Positions 1 through 9,100 of a stretch of 64,000 bases of DNA are shown piece after piece. Below the pieces are notes generated by a model. The model saw nothing but the letters and a program-made list of their open reading frames with translations, was not told where the DNA came from and ran no database searches. Each line of letters starts with the position of its first letter. The first letter of the stretch is position 1. Source of the DNA: Burkholderiales bacterium (GTDB taxonomy: Bacteria > Pseudomonadota > Gammaproteobacteria > Burkholderiales > CAIKXV01); contig JBIITW010000002.1 in NCBI GenBank assembly GCA_044340265.1, positions 63 to 64,062 of the forward strand. The letters are read 5' to 3'. Both the position numbers and the translations under genes were made by a program.

Positions 1-177
1 CCTCCACCGCGGACCGGTACAACGCGTATCCACTGCCGGGACGCACGGCACTGGCCACGGTGGCATACCGGTTCCGCTGACGGTCGGCGCGCGAGGGCGG
101 GCGGGGGGGCATAATGCGTCCCTCGCCCGCCCGTCGCGGGACTCCCCGGGGCCGGTCTTTCGGCTGTCCTCCCTGCC

Positions 178-1953
178 GTGGCTTCTTCGAAGGATCCTTC
201 TGCCGGTTCGCCGCCCGTCGACAGTGTCGCGCTGTACCGCCGCCTGCTCGGCTTCGTCAAGCCGCATGCCCTGATCTTCGGCTGTGCGATCCTCGGCATG
301 GTCGGCGTCGCGGCCACCGAAGCTGCGCTGCCGCTGGTGATGAAGCCGATCCTCGACGGCACGTTCGTCGAGCGTGATCCGAAGTGGATCACGCTGATCC
401 CGATATTGCTGATCGGGTTGTTCGCGGTGCGCGGCGTGGCCACCTTCCTCGCCACCTATTGCACCCAGTATGTCGGGAGCCGGGTCGTGCTCGACCTGCG
501 CACCCGCATGTTCGACAACCTGGTGCGCCTGCCCGCCGGGTTCTACGAACGCCATGCCAGCGGCAACGTGATCTCGCGGCTGACCTATGACGCGGCCCAG
601 GTGACCACGGCAGCGACCGATGCCATCACCATCCTGGTGCGCGACGGGGTGACCATCATCGCGCTGCTCTGCGTGCTGGTGTGGATCGATTGGCAGCTGA
701 CGCTGATCGTGTTCGCGATGGCCCCGCTGATCGCGTGGATCGTCCGCCTGGTCAGCCGTCGCCTGCGCGAGGCGAGCCTTGGTGCGCAGCGTTCGATGGG
801 CGACATCACCCATGTGCTGCAGGAAACGGTCGAGAACCAGAAGGTGGTCAAGGTGTTCGGCGGGCAGGACTTCGAACGCCGGCGCTTCTTCGACGTGAGC
901 AACCGCATGCGCCGCTATACGATGAAGCATGTGACGGCCGCCGCGGCCAACGTGCCGGTGGTGCAGATGATCGCCGCCGTCGCGGTGTCGATCGTCCTCT
1001 ACATCGCGGCCAACCGGGCGATGCAGGACCAGACCACGGTCGGTGCATTCATGTCCTTCGTCACCGCGATGCTCCTGCTGACATCGCCCCTGAAGCGGCT
1101 CACCAGCATCAACGAGCACCTGCAGCGCGGCCTGGCCGCCGCGCAGACGGTGTTCGAGGTCATCGACACCCTGCCCGAACCCGATCCGGGCACCGTCGAC
1201 GCGGGACGGATGGCCGGCGTGCTCTCGTTCGAATCGGTCGGTTTCCGCTATGCGGCAACCGACGAGCGGCAGCCTCCGGCGCTCGATGACATCACGTTCT
1301 CGGTGGCGCCCGGTGAGACCGTCGCGCTGGTCGGCACGTCGGGCAGCGGCAAGACGACCATCGCCAACCTCATTCCCCGCTTCCACTCGCCGACGCGCGG
1401 CCGGATCACCTTCGACGGGCGTGACAGCGCCTCGCTCACGCTGGCCAGCCTGCGCAGGAACATCGCGCTGGTCAGCCAGGACGTCACCCTGTTCAACGAT
1501 TCCGTCGCCGCGAACATCGCCTATGGCGACATGGTCGCCGCGCCGCGCGACGCAGTGGTGGCGGCGGCGAAGGCCGCCGGTGCGCACGAGTTCATCGAAC
1601 GCATGGAGGCCGGGTACGACACGCTGGTGGGCGAGAACGGCATCCGCCTGTCGGGCGGACAGCGCCAGCGGCTGGCGATCGCGCGCGCGTTCCTGAAGGA
1701 CGCGCCGATACTCGTGCTGGACGAGGCGACCTCGGCGCTGGACACCGAATCCGAACGGCAGGTACAGGCGGCCCTAGAGCAACTGATGCACGGGCGCAGC
1801 ACCCTGGTGATCGCACACCGGCTGTCGACCATCGAGCGCGCAGACCGCATCCTGGTGCTGTCAGGCGGTCGCCTGGTCGAGACCGGGTCCCATCGTGAGC
1901 TGCTGGCCCGCGACGGGGTCTATGCACGGCTGCAGCAGTTGCTCGAGGCCTGA
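178..1953 (+). CDS. msbA: Lipid A export ABC transporter, fused permease/ATPase (MsbA)
   Basis: 591-aa ORF with GTG start. N-terminal multi-TM exporter domain, Walker A GTSGSGKTT, signature LSGGQRQR, Walker B ILVLDEATSALD. Lies next to LPS core genes. Confidence 0.9.
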   Translation: MASSKDPSAGSPPVDSVALYRRLLGFVKPHALIFGCAILGMVGVAATEAALPLVMKPILDGTFVERDPKWITLIPILLIGLFAVRGVATFLATYCTQYVGSRVVLDLRTRMFDNLVRLPAGFYERHASGNVISRLTYDAAQVTTAATDAITILVRDGVTIIALLCVLVWIDWQLTLIVFAMAPLIAWIVRLVSRRLREASLGAQRSMGDITHVLQETVENQKVVKVFGGQDFERRRFFDVSNRMRRYTMKHVTAAAANVPVVQMIAAVAVSIVLYIAANRAMQDQTTVGAFMSFVTAMLLLTSPLKRLTSINEHLQRGLAAAQTVFEVIDTLPEPDPGTVDAGRMAGVLSFESVGFRYAATDERQPPALDDITFSVAPGETVALVGTSGSGKTTIANLIPRFHSPTRGRITFDGRDSASLTLASLRRNIALVSQDVTLFNDSVAANIAYGDMVAAPRDAVVAAAKAAGAHEFIERMEAGYDTLVGENGIRLSGGQRQRLAIARAFLKDAPILVLDEATSALDTESERQVQAALEQLMHGRSTLVIAHRLSTIERADRILVLSGGRLVETGSHRELLARDGVYARLQQLLEA

Positions 1954-1976
1954 GCGGCGGCGCAGCAGCCCGCGGG

Positions 1977-3104
1977 TCACGGTCGGTCCGGATCGGCCAG
2001 GAACTCGGCGGCCGCATCGATCACGCGCGAGGCCGGCAGGCGGATGAGGCAATCGGACGTGCTGTTCACATGCCGCTCGCAACCCTCCAGCAGGCACGGC
2101 ACCCCGGGTGCACAGGGGGCGACGCCCTGCAGGAGATGCACGTTTCCGACCCGGCCGCTGCCGAGGCGTTGCCACGGGCTGGTGTCCCCGGCGTAAGCAG
2201 CCGGCCACGGTCCCCACTTCACCGGGTCGGACGGACCGAACAGCGCGAGGGTCGGGATGCCGAGCGCAGCGGCCATGTGCGTGACGACGGTATCCGGTCC
2301 CAGGTAGAGGGTCGCCCGTTGCAGCACGTTCGCCAGCTGCCCCAGCGACACGCGGCCGGCGAGATCGATCGTGTCCTGCGGCAACTGCCCGCGCAGCGAT
2401 TGCACGTAGGCTGTTTCGTCGGGCGAGCCGGATGCGGACAGGACCACGCGCAGCCCCTGCGCGCGCGCCCACTGCCCGAAGGTGATGAAGCCTTCGTCAT
2501 GCCACATCTTGTACCGGAAGCGGGGCCACGGATGAACGACCACGAACGGCGCCCGGCCCAGCTCCGCGGCGATCCCGGCGGGCAGGGCTGCGCCCGTTGC
2601 GACATGGACCGCAGGCAGCCGCTCTATCCCCAGTGCACCGGCGAGCCGGAGGTTCTGCAGGACCGTATGGGTATCGCAGTCGTCGCAAGGGACCGATGCG
2701 CTGAGCAGGCGGCGCTTCCAGAGGTGCTTGGGTCCGCTCAGATGGACCCCGAGTGCACGTCGTCCGGCGATGCGTGCATACAGCGTCGGACGATCGCCCG
2801 GGATCGTGCTCAGTGCGAGGTCGTAGCGGCCGGCGATCCGGCGCAGCAGCTGCGCATGCGCGCCAGTGGAGGGCCGTTCGGCCACCTCGATCACCGCATC
2901 GATCATCGGCAGTCCGGCCAGCACCCCGCCGGTCCCCGCGAACACCAGTACGTCCAGGCGCGCATCGGGCCATGCGGCGCGAAGCGATGCAATCAGCGGC
3001 GTGGTCAGTAGTACATCCCCGATGCGGCGGGTGACCACGACCAGCATGCGTCGCGGGGGCGCCGGCATCGGCAGCAGGACGCCTGTCGCGGCTTCAGTCG
3101 GCAT
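1977..3104 (-). CDS. GT9 family LPS heptosyltransferase (WaaQ/RfaQ-like)
   Basis: ORF 1977..3377 trimmed to an internal ATG (alternative starts at 3068 and 3047). RRIGDVLLTTP N-terminus and GPDTVVTHMAAALGIPTLALFGPS block are typical of ADP-heptose:LPS heptosyltransferases. Confidence 0.8.
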   Translation of the reverse strand: MPTEAATGVLLPMPAPPRRMLVVVTRRIGDVLLTTPLIASLRAAWPDARLDVLVFAGTGGVLAGLPMIDAVIEVAERPSTGAHAQLLRRIAGRYDLALSTIPGDRPTLYARIAGRRALGVHLSGPKHLWKRRLLSASVPCDDCDTHTVLQNLRLAGALGIERLPAVHVATGAALPAGIAAELGRAPFVVVHPWPRFRYKMWHDEGFITFGQWARAQGLRVVLSASGSPDETAYVQSLRGQLPQDTIDLAGRVSLGQLANVLQRATLYLGPDTVVTHMAAALGIPTLALFGPSDPVKWGPWPAAYAGDTSPWQRLGSGRVGNVHLLQGVAPCAPGVPCLLEGCERHVNSTSDCLIRLPASRVIDAAAEFLADPDRP

Positions 3105-3921
3105 GCTGCTCGAGGCCGTCCTCGGCCCGGATGCGATCGGATGCCACCAGCGCGTCGAGGCGGCTGCGGTTCTCGGCCAGCCGGCTGCGGTCGTTGTCTG
3201 CATGCCAGAGGTGGGCCAGTGGCGTGCCGAAGCGGCCGTTCTTGTGCCGGACGCCGGCGTGCAGCAGCCGGATGACCAGGTCCGAATCCTCGAGCCCCCA
3301 TCCGCTGTAGGCATTGTCGAAGCCGTTGACCCGGACCAGGTCGGCGCGCCAGACACCGAGATTGCAGCTCTTGGCACCCAGCCATCGGGTGGGCTGCGCC
3401 TTGCGCCAGCCGAGCGGGTCGCCCAGTCCGATGTGCCACAACGGTGCCAGTCGGTTCACGTCGCGGCGAAGGAAACGCCGTGCCCATTCGGCAGCCGGGA
3501 GGTCTTCCAGCGCGACGGGCGGCACCGCGAGCACGCGGTCGGTGAAGGTTCGGGACAGCAGCATCCGGTTGCCGGCGACGAACCAGCCCGGCTCGGCGAG
3601 CCGGCGGTGATTGCGCACGAAGCCGGCCAGCGGCACGCAGTCGCCATCGGTGAACACCACGTAGTCGGCCGAGGTGGCGGCGACCGCGCGGTTGCGGATC
3701 GCACCGGCACGGAAGCCCCGGTCTTCGTGCCAGACATGGCGCACCGGGAACGGCGCCCTTGCCGCGAACTGCGCCACCACCGAACGTGTGTCCGCAGTGG
3801 AGCCGTCGTCGGCCACCAGCAGTTCGATGTCGAGGTCGTCCTGCACGCAGTAGGCCGACAGCGCACGCTCGAGCGCATCCGGACGGTTGTAGGTGGTGAT
3901 CACCACCGCAATCTGCATCAT
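3094..3921 (-). CDS. GT2 family glycosyltransferase (LPS core)
   Basis: C-terminal 275 aa of over-extended ORF 3094..5124. Starts MMQIAVVITTYNRPDALERAL, with ADDGSTAD and TDGDC (DxD) motifs. ATGA start/stop overlap with the upstream gene at 3918-3921. Confidence 0.75.
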   Translation of the reverse strand: MMQIAVVITTYNRPDALERALSAYCVQDDLDIELLVADDGSTADTRSVVAQFAARAPFPVRHVWHEDRGFRAGAIRNRAVAATSADYVVFTDGDCVPLAGFVRNHRRLAEPGWFVAGNRMLLSRTFTDRVLAVPPVALEDLPAAEWARRFLRRDVNRLAPLWHIGLGDPLGWRKAQPTRWLGAKSCNLGVWRADLVRVNGFDNAYSGWGLEDSDLVIRLLHAGVRHKNGRFGTPLAHLWHADNDRSRLAENRSRLDALVASDRIRAEDGLEQHAD

Positions 3922-4715
3922 CGTCGGCGCAGCAGCATCAGCTTCAGGTAGCGGTAGTAGCTGCCCTCCGCGTTGGCGATCGCCAGCAGCAATCCGTGGC
4001 GGCCATCGAGGAAGCCCAGCCGCAGCAGGTAGGTGCGGATGAACGTCCACAGGCCGTGGCCGAGCGCGCGGCCGACCGACCCCTGCGCGCCGCGTGCGAG
4101 CATCATCTGCGCGCCGTCGGTCGAGTAGCGATTCATCTTGTCGACCACCTGCTCGAGGCTGGTGAACGACTCGTGGTCGATGGGTTCGGCGAACGTGCCG
4201 ATCGTCGCCGGCCCGGCGATCACCCGTTCGTGCACGAGGTCGTCGGAGAAGCGGGCCGAGCCCCGCCGCCACAGTCGGGTCACATGGTCTGGCCACCAGC
4301 CCGAATGGCGCATCACCTGCCCGCAGAAACGGGACCGGCGCGGCATTCGCCAGACCGCGGGCGAGGCGTCGGCGGCGGTCGCGGTGGTGGTTGCTGCAGT
4401 GATCACCGCGGTGATCGCCGCTGCCAGGGCTGCATCGACCCACTCGTCCGCATCCAGCGAAAGGATCCAGTCGCCTTGCGCGAGCGCGAGGGCCCGGTTC
4501 TTCTGCGGGCCGAAGCCGGGCCATTCGGCGGCGATCTCCACCCGTGCGCCCCGTGCCCGGGCGATCGCCACGGTGTCGTCGCTGCTGCCGCCGTCGAGCA
4601 CGATGACCTCGTCGGCGAAGCGCAGCGAGTCGACGCAGCGCCCGATCCGCCCGGCCTCGTTGAACGCAATGATCACGGCGGACAGTCGCGGGCGAAGGCC
4701 TGGCGGCGAAGTCAT
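3918..4715 (-). CDS. GT2 family glycosyltransferase, KdtX/WaaE-like LPS core enzyme
   Basis: LSAVIIAFNEAGRI, VLDGGSSDDT and LSLDADEW motifs. C-terminal RLGFLDGRHGLLLAI amphipathic region as in WaaE-type GT2 enzymes. Confidence 0.75.
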   Translation of the reverse strand: MTSPPGLRPRLSAVIIAFNEAGRIGRCVDSLRFADEVIVLDGGSSDDTVAIARARGARVEIAAEWPGFGPQKNRALALAQGDWILSLDADEWVDAALAAAITAVITAATTTATAADASPAVWRMPRRSRFCGQVMRHSGWWPDHVTRLWRRGSARFSDDLVHERVIAGPATIGTFAEPIDHESFTSLEQVVDKMNRYSTDGAQMMLARGAQGSVGRALGHGLWTFIRTYLLRLGFLDGRHGLLLAIANAEGSYYRYLKLMLLRRR

Positions 4716-6076
4716 CCGGCGGCTTCCCGGGAGGCGCCCCCGGCGGGAAATCGAGCCGGGTCCGTGACGCGCAACGCCTGCGCCGCGAGCGCGGCCAGCA
4801 GCAGTCCGAATCCGCTGGCGGCGTACTTGAGCGTGAACACTTCGATCGTGATCGAGCCTGCGGCCATGGCGAGCAACAGGCCCAGGCCGAGGCGGCAGGC
4901 CATCGCGACATCCGGGTCGGGGTCGTTGCGCCTGCGCCAGAAGGCGGCGGCGGGAACCAGGAAAAGCACGAGCACGGCAATGCCGCCATGCACGCCCGAA
5001 CGCAGCGCAGCGGCAAGGACCTCGTTGTGCGGTCCGTTGTTCGCGAACGTGCTGCGTGCCAGCGGCGTGGCCATCGCGACGATGACCGGATCATGGACCT
5101 GCGCCGCGAGCCCGCGATCGCCATACCCCGCGAACGGCCTGCGGGCGATCAGTTCGACGGACATCAGCCACATCGAGAGCCGCTGCCCGGAGGAGGTGTC
5201 GGGATCCGTCCGGGTCAGCCACTTGTGCACTTCGACCGGGGCCGACGCGAACAGCGCGACCGGTGCCCGGTTGACCGCCAGGTTCACCGAAAGGATCGCG
5301 GCAGCGGCGACGGTTGAAATGGCGACGACTTTCGGGTCGAACCTCGGTCTGACGCTGACCAGCCAGCCCAGGAGCACCACGCAGTAGGCCATCATGCCGC
5401 CGCGCGAACCGGCGCCGAGGATCAGCCACAGGCCTGCTCCGAGTCCGGCGAGCCCCAGCCAGAAGGCCACGCCTTCGAGGCGGTCGTCGCGGTCGTCGCG
5501 GTCGTTGACCCGGCGACCGCGACCGCGCCGGCGAAGGCCGAACAGGCAGAGCGCGCACAGCATGGCCGAGAAGGCCCCGAGCGAGTTGGGATCGACGAAC
5601 CGGGTGGCGAAGCGTCCGCCCCAGTTCTGCGTGTACTGGGGAAAGCCGAGCGTGACCACCAGCGTGACGATCAGCGCGATCGGCGCACAGAAGCGCACCA
5701 GCCGGGCGACATCCACGCGCAACGCCCACAGCATGAGCATCGGCAGGACGCAGAAGGCCAGCCGCGACGGCGCGTCCAGTGGCTTGGCGGAAAAATCGCC
5801 CCTGAGGAGCTCGCCGAGGATGACCGACACCAGTGGCAGGCACAACGCGACGGCGATGAAGCCGAGCGGCTGCAGTGCGCCCAGGTCGCGCGCCCTGGAC
5901 AGGTCGCCCCGGACCCGCAGCACCGCAGGGACGAGCAGCAGCAGCACCGACAGGTTCGCTGCACTGCGGATCGAGAGCAGGCCGACGATCGCGAAGCAGA
6001 GCACGGCCGCGGCGTACCAGGCCAGGTACTGATCGTATCGGTCGAGACGTTCGTAGGGTTCGTTCAACGGCGGCAT
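4712..6076 (-). CDS. waaL: O-antigen ligase family protein (lipid A-core:surface polymer ligase)
   Basis: Polytopic membrane protein. GPHNEVLAAALRSGVHGG fits the H-[NSQ]-x9-G-x-x-[GTY] Wzy_C/WaaL signature. Embedded in the core operon. Confidence 0.8.
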   Translation of the reverse strand: MPPLNEPYERLDRYDQYLAWYAAAVLCFAIVGLLSIRSAANLSVLLLLVPAVLRVRGDLSRARDLGALQPLGFIAVALCLPLVSVILGELLRGDFSAKPLDAPSRLAFCVLPMLMLWALRVDVARLVRFCAPIALIVTLVVTLGFPQYTQNWGGRFATRFVDPNSLGAFSAMLCALCLFGLRRRGRGRRVNDRDDRDDRLEGVAFWLGLAGLGAGLWLILGAGSRGGMMAYCVVLLGWLVSVRPRFDPKVVAISTVAAAAILSVNLAVNRAPVALFASAPVEVHKWLTRTDPDTSSGQRLSMWLMSVELIARRPFAGYGDRGLAAQVHDPVIVAMATPLARSTFANNGPHNEVLAAALRSGVHGGIAVLVLFLVPAAAFWRRRNDPDPDVAMACRLGLGLLLAMAAGSITIEVFTLKYAASGFGLLLAALAAQALRVTDPARFPAGGASREAAG

Positions 6077-6094
6077 CCGCTCGAGTACCTGCGC

Positions 6095-7090
6095 TCAGCC
6101 AGGCCGGGCCGACAGCACGGCACGCACCTGTTCATCGAAGATCCCGTATTCCGCGCGCACCCATGTCCGGTACGGTTCGAACGCCAGGTGGTGTGTCTCG
6201 AAGTCGGCGAGGATGCTGTCGATCAGCGGGACGGCACGTTCCACGAAGTCCGCGGCGCGGGTGTCGAACTTGTACCGGGCCGGGATCGGCAGGTCGATGT
6301 CGTTGCCTGCCGATCCGAGCCGGCCGGACACGATGCAGCAGCCATGCGATGCCGCTTCGCGCGGCAGCCGATCGCGGCCGGGGTGGTGGCCGAAGTCGAC
6401 GTACAGGCGCGAGGTGTCGAGCAACTGGGACAGCTGGTCGCGGTCCAGTCCCTTGAGCGGCAGGAAGTCCCAGTCCGGGCGAGCGGCGCGCAGGCGATCG
6501 ACGAACGCCTTGCCCTTGGTCGGGTTGTAGAGGATCCGCTTCTGCTTGCCGGCGAGCAGCGCCGGCGTCTGGTCGACGAAATGCTCGAGATTGATGTAGT
6601 CGATCAGCGGCTCGGGTTCGATGCCGCAGGCGCGAAGGTAGGCGGTCGCATGCTCGGTCTGGGAGAGATGGCGCAGCCGGTGCAGGCCCCGGGCGCCGTT
6701 CCAGGGGCGCTGCCCGCGCAGGGCCCGCTTCCAGTACTGGGACCAGTCGCGCAACGGGTTGACGTTCTTCCTGCAGAGGAAGTTGTCCAGCGACAGCCAC
6801 CACAGGGCCGCCTGCGCTTCGCGCACCTTCAGCGCGTCCGAAGGCATCACCTCGGGGAATATGATCAGCTCGCCCGGCAGGTCTTCGTACCGCGCCTGTG
6901 GCGCATCGTATTGCGCATAGGGCGGCGGCACCTCGAACGTGCGGTCTGCAGGCCAGTACACGATGAAGGCGGGGTGTCCGGCGCGGCGCATCGCGTCCAC
7001 CAGCTGGTGAAGGGCTTCCGGTCCGCCGGTGACCGCGTTGCCGGGGCATACGACGAGGATGCGGCGAAGCGAGGTCAAGGGACTGTCCAT
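6095..7090 (-). CDS. Uncharacterised protein, GT-B (GT4-like) glycosyltransferase fold suspected
   Basis: 331-aa ORF whose ATG directly abuts the upstream stop. N-terminal ILVVCPGNAVTGGPEALHQLV and C-terminal PREAASHGCCIVSG resemble GT-B donor-binding motifs. No firm family assignment. Confidence 0.45.
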   Translation of the reverse strand: MDSPLTSLRRILVVCPGNAVTGGPEALHQLVDAMRRAGHPAFIVYWPADRTFEVPPPYAQYDAPQARYEDLPGELIIFPEVMPSDALKVREAQAALWWLSLDNFLCRKNVNPLRDWSQYWKRALRGQRPWNGARGLHRLRHLSQTEHATAYLRACGIEPEPLIDYINLEHFVDQTPALLAGKQKRILYNPTKGKAFVDRLRAARPDWDFLPLKGLDRDQLSQLLDTSRLYVDFGHHPGRDRLPREAASHGCCIVSGRLGSAGNDIDLPIPARYKFDTRAADFVERAVPLIDSILADFETHHLAFEPYRTWVRAEYGIFDEQVRAVLSARPG

Positions 7091-7987
7091 TCAGTCGTCA
7101 CCCTCCCGTTTCGATGACAGGCTCTGCGCGAATCGATCGGTATCGAGCAGCGGATAACGTGACGTCGCGGCGAGCCAGGCCCGGCGCAGGCGGTTCGCCA
7201 GCGAAGGCTCCAGGATGCCCGCACCCGCACCCGCGCCTTCCGCCAGCAACCGCTTGCGCTCGGCGCGGAAGTGCTTCGACGTCAGGCCCCACTTGAGCAG
7301 CAGGGTGTGTCCACCCTTGTTCTTCCGGATCCGTCCGGTGCTCCGCTGGGAGAAATGGTAGACATGGCTGTCACCCACCACCTTGAACCTGCGGCAACCC
7401 ACCGCCCACATCTTCAGCAGGAAGTCGTCGTCCGAGGACATGCCGGGAGAATACTCGATCCCGTAGCCGCCCAGCCTGTGCCACCAGAGGCGGGAGACCA
7501 CGGTGGGCTGCGATCCTTCGCCATCGACGTCCGCCGAGGGCAGGCCGGCCACTGCCCTGAGCAGCGCCTCTTCGTCGAAGTCGGTCGGCGTTCGTCCGGC
7601 ATCGAAGCAATCGATGAACGGGACCTTGCTCGGGAAGGGTTCTATCAGTCGCGAAGAATAGAGCGCGAGGTCGGTCGGGGCCTGAGCGATCGCCCGCGCA
7701 AAGGCGGTGTCCCAGCCCGGGCAGCAGTACATGTCGTCGTTCAGGTAGGCGATCCAGGGCTGCGTGGCATGCATCGCCAGTTCGTTCAACGACATGCAGA
7801 CGCCGAGGTTGCGTTCGCTGGACGTGTACCGGATGCCCTGGGACTGCAGCCACTCGCGGGTGCCGTCGGTGCCTTCATTCACGTGGACGAGGATCTCGTG
7901 CGGCACGGACGTGTGCTTGCGGATCCCCGCCACGCAGAGCTGCAGGTATTCGAGGTTGTTCCAGGTCGGAACAAGAATGCTGAACAT
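7091..7987 (-). CDS. GT2 family glycosyltransferase
   Basis: MFSILVPTWNNLEYLQLCV N-terminus and NDDMY acidic motif. First gene of the minus-strand core operon. Confidence 0.75.
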   Translation of the reverse strand: MFSILVPTWNNLEYLQLCVAGIRKHTSVPHEILVHVNEGTDGTREWLQSQGIRYTSSERNLGVCMSLNELAMHATQPWIAYLNDDMYCCPGWDTAFARAIAQAPTDLALYSSRLIEPFPSKVPFIDCFDAGRTPTDFDEEALLRAVAGLPSADVDGEGSQPTVVSRLWWHRLGGYGIEYSPGMSSDDDFLLKMWAVGCRRFKVVGDSHVYHFSQRSTGRIRKNKGGHTLLLKWGLTSKHFRAERKRLLAEGAGAGAGILEPSLANRLRRAWLAATSRYPLLDTDRFAQSLSSKREGDD

Positions 7988-8103
7988 GGGGTCTACCTGG
8001 CCGGGCGTTGCGAAGCGCGGGATCCACGCCCGTCGTCGGACGTGCGCAATATACTCGAGGCGATCCGGCAGCAGATGGAGTGGCGCATTTCAGAGGGCGA
8101 CGA

Positions 8104-9099
8104 ATGACGAATGGGCGCAACGACGGACGGGCCGTGCTGGTACTGGGCGGCGCCGGCTACATAGGCTCCCACATGGTTGCATCATTGGTGGATGCGGGAT
8201 GGGTGCCCGTGGTCCTCGACAACCTGACCACCGGCCATCGGGACCTGCTTCACCCCGGCGTTGCGTTCGTCGAAGGCGACTTCGGCGATCGCAGGACGGT
8301 GGCCGCCCTCCTGAAGAAACACCGGGTACATGCGGTCATGCATTTCGCTGCCTCTTCACTGGTCGGCGAGTCGGTTCAGCGTCCGCTCATGTATTACCGG
8401 AACAACGTCTCGAAAACGGTCGAGTTGCTGGACGCCATGCGGGAAGCCGGGGTTCGCAACCTCATCTTTTCTTCCACTGCCGCAGTCTATGGTCAACCCG
8501 AATCCGTCCCGATCACCGAAGCGCATCGCCTGCATCCGACCAGCCCGTACGGTTCCACCAAGGCCGTGATCGAGCGCCTGCTGTCCGAAGTCGAGGCTGC
8601 GCATGGCCTGCGCCACATGTCGCTCCGGTATTTCAACGCCGCAGGTGCCCACCCTGGCCGACCGATCGGCGAGCGCCATGACCCGGAAACACACCTCATC
8701 CCGAGTTTAATGCAAGTGGCGCTTGGCCAGCGTCCGGGGGCCGCGGTTTTCGGCCTCGACTGGCCCACGCCGGACGGCTCCTGCGTTCGCGACTACGTGC
8801 ATGTATGTGACCTGGCCAGCGCGCACCTGCTCGCGCTCGAAGCGCTGCTGGCCGGTGCGCCGAGTGCGATCTACAACGTGGGCACGGGTGCCGGGCGTTC
8901 GGTCCTGGAGGTCATCGAAAGCGTGCGGCGCATCACCGGCCTTCCGGTGCCCTTCGCCGCCGCTGCGCGCAGGCCGGGCGACCCTGCCGTCCTCGTCGCC
9001 GATGCCGGGCTGATCGGGCGCGCGCTGGGCTGGCGGCCGGAACTCAGCGATCTGGACACGATCGTCGAGACCGCGTGGGCATGGCACCGTCGTGGGTGA
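8104..9099 (+). CDS. galE: UDP-glucose 4-epimerase
   Basis: ORF 8008..9099 trimmed to ATG at 8104 (MTNGRNDGRAVLVLGGAGYIGSH). Rossmann GGAGYIGS, YGSTK catalytic motif, RYFNAAGA block. Confidence 0.9.
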   Translation: MTNGRNDGRAVLVLGGAGYIGSHMVASLVDAGWVPVVLDNLTTGHRDLLHPGVAFVEGDFGDRRTVAALLKKHRVHAVMHFAASSLVGESVQRPLMYYRNNVSKTVELLDAMREAGVRNLIFSSTAAVYGQPESVPITEAHRLHPTSPYGSTKAVIERLLSEVEAAHGLRHMSLRYFNAAGAHPGRPIGERHDPETHLIPSLMQVALGQRPGAAVFGLDWPTPDGSCVRDYVHVCDLASAHLLALEALLAGAPSAIYNVGTGAGRSVLEVIESVRRITGLPVPFAAAARRPGDPAVLVADAGLIGRALGWRPELSDLDTIVETAWAWHRRG

Positions 9100-9100
9100 A

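Noticed and set aside
3-80. Possible 3' end of an upstream plus-strand gene (...VAYRFR stop at 78..80) and the ORF 114..377
   Set aside because: The 26-codon fragment is too short to assign. ORF 114..377 overlaps the msbA start in another frame and is Arg/Pro-rich with no motif.
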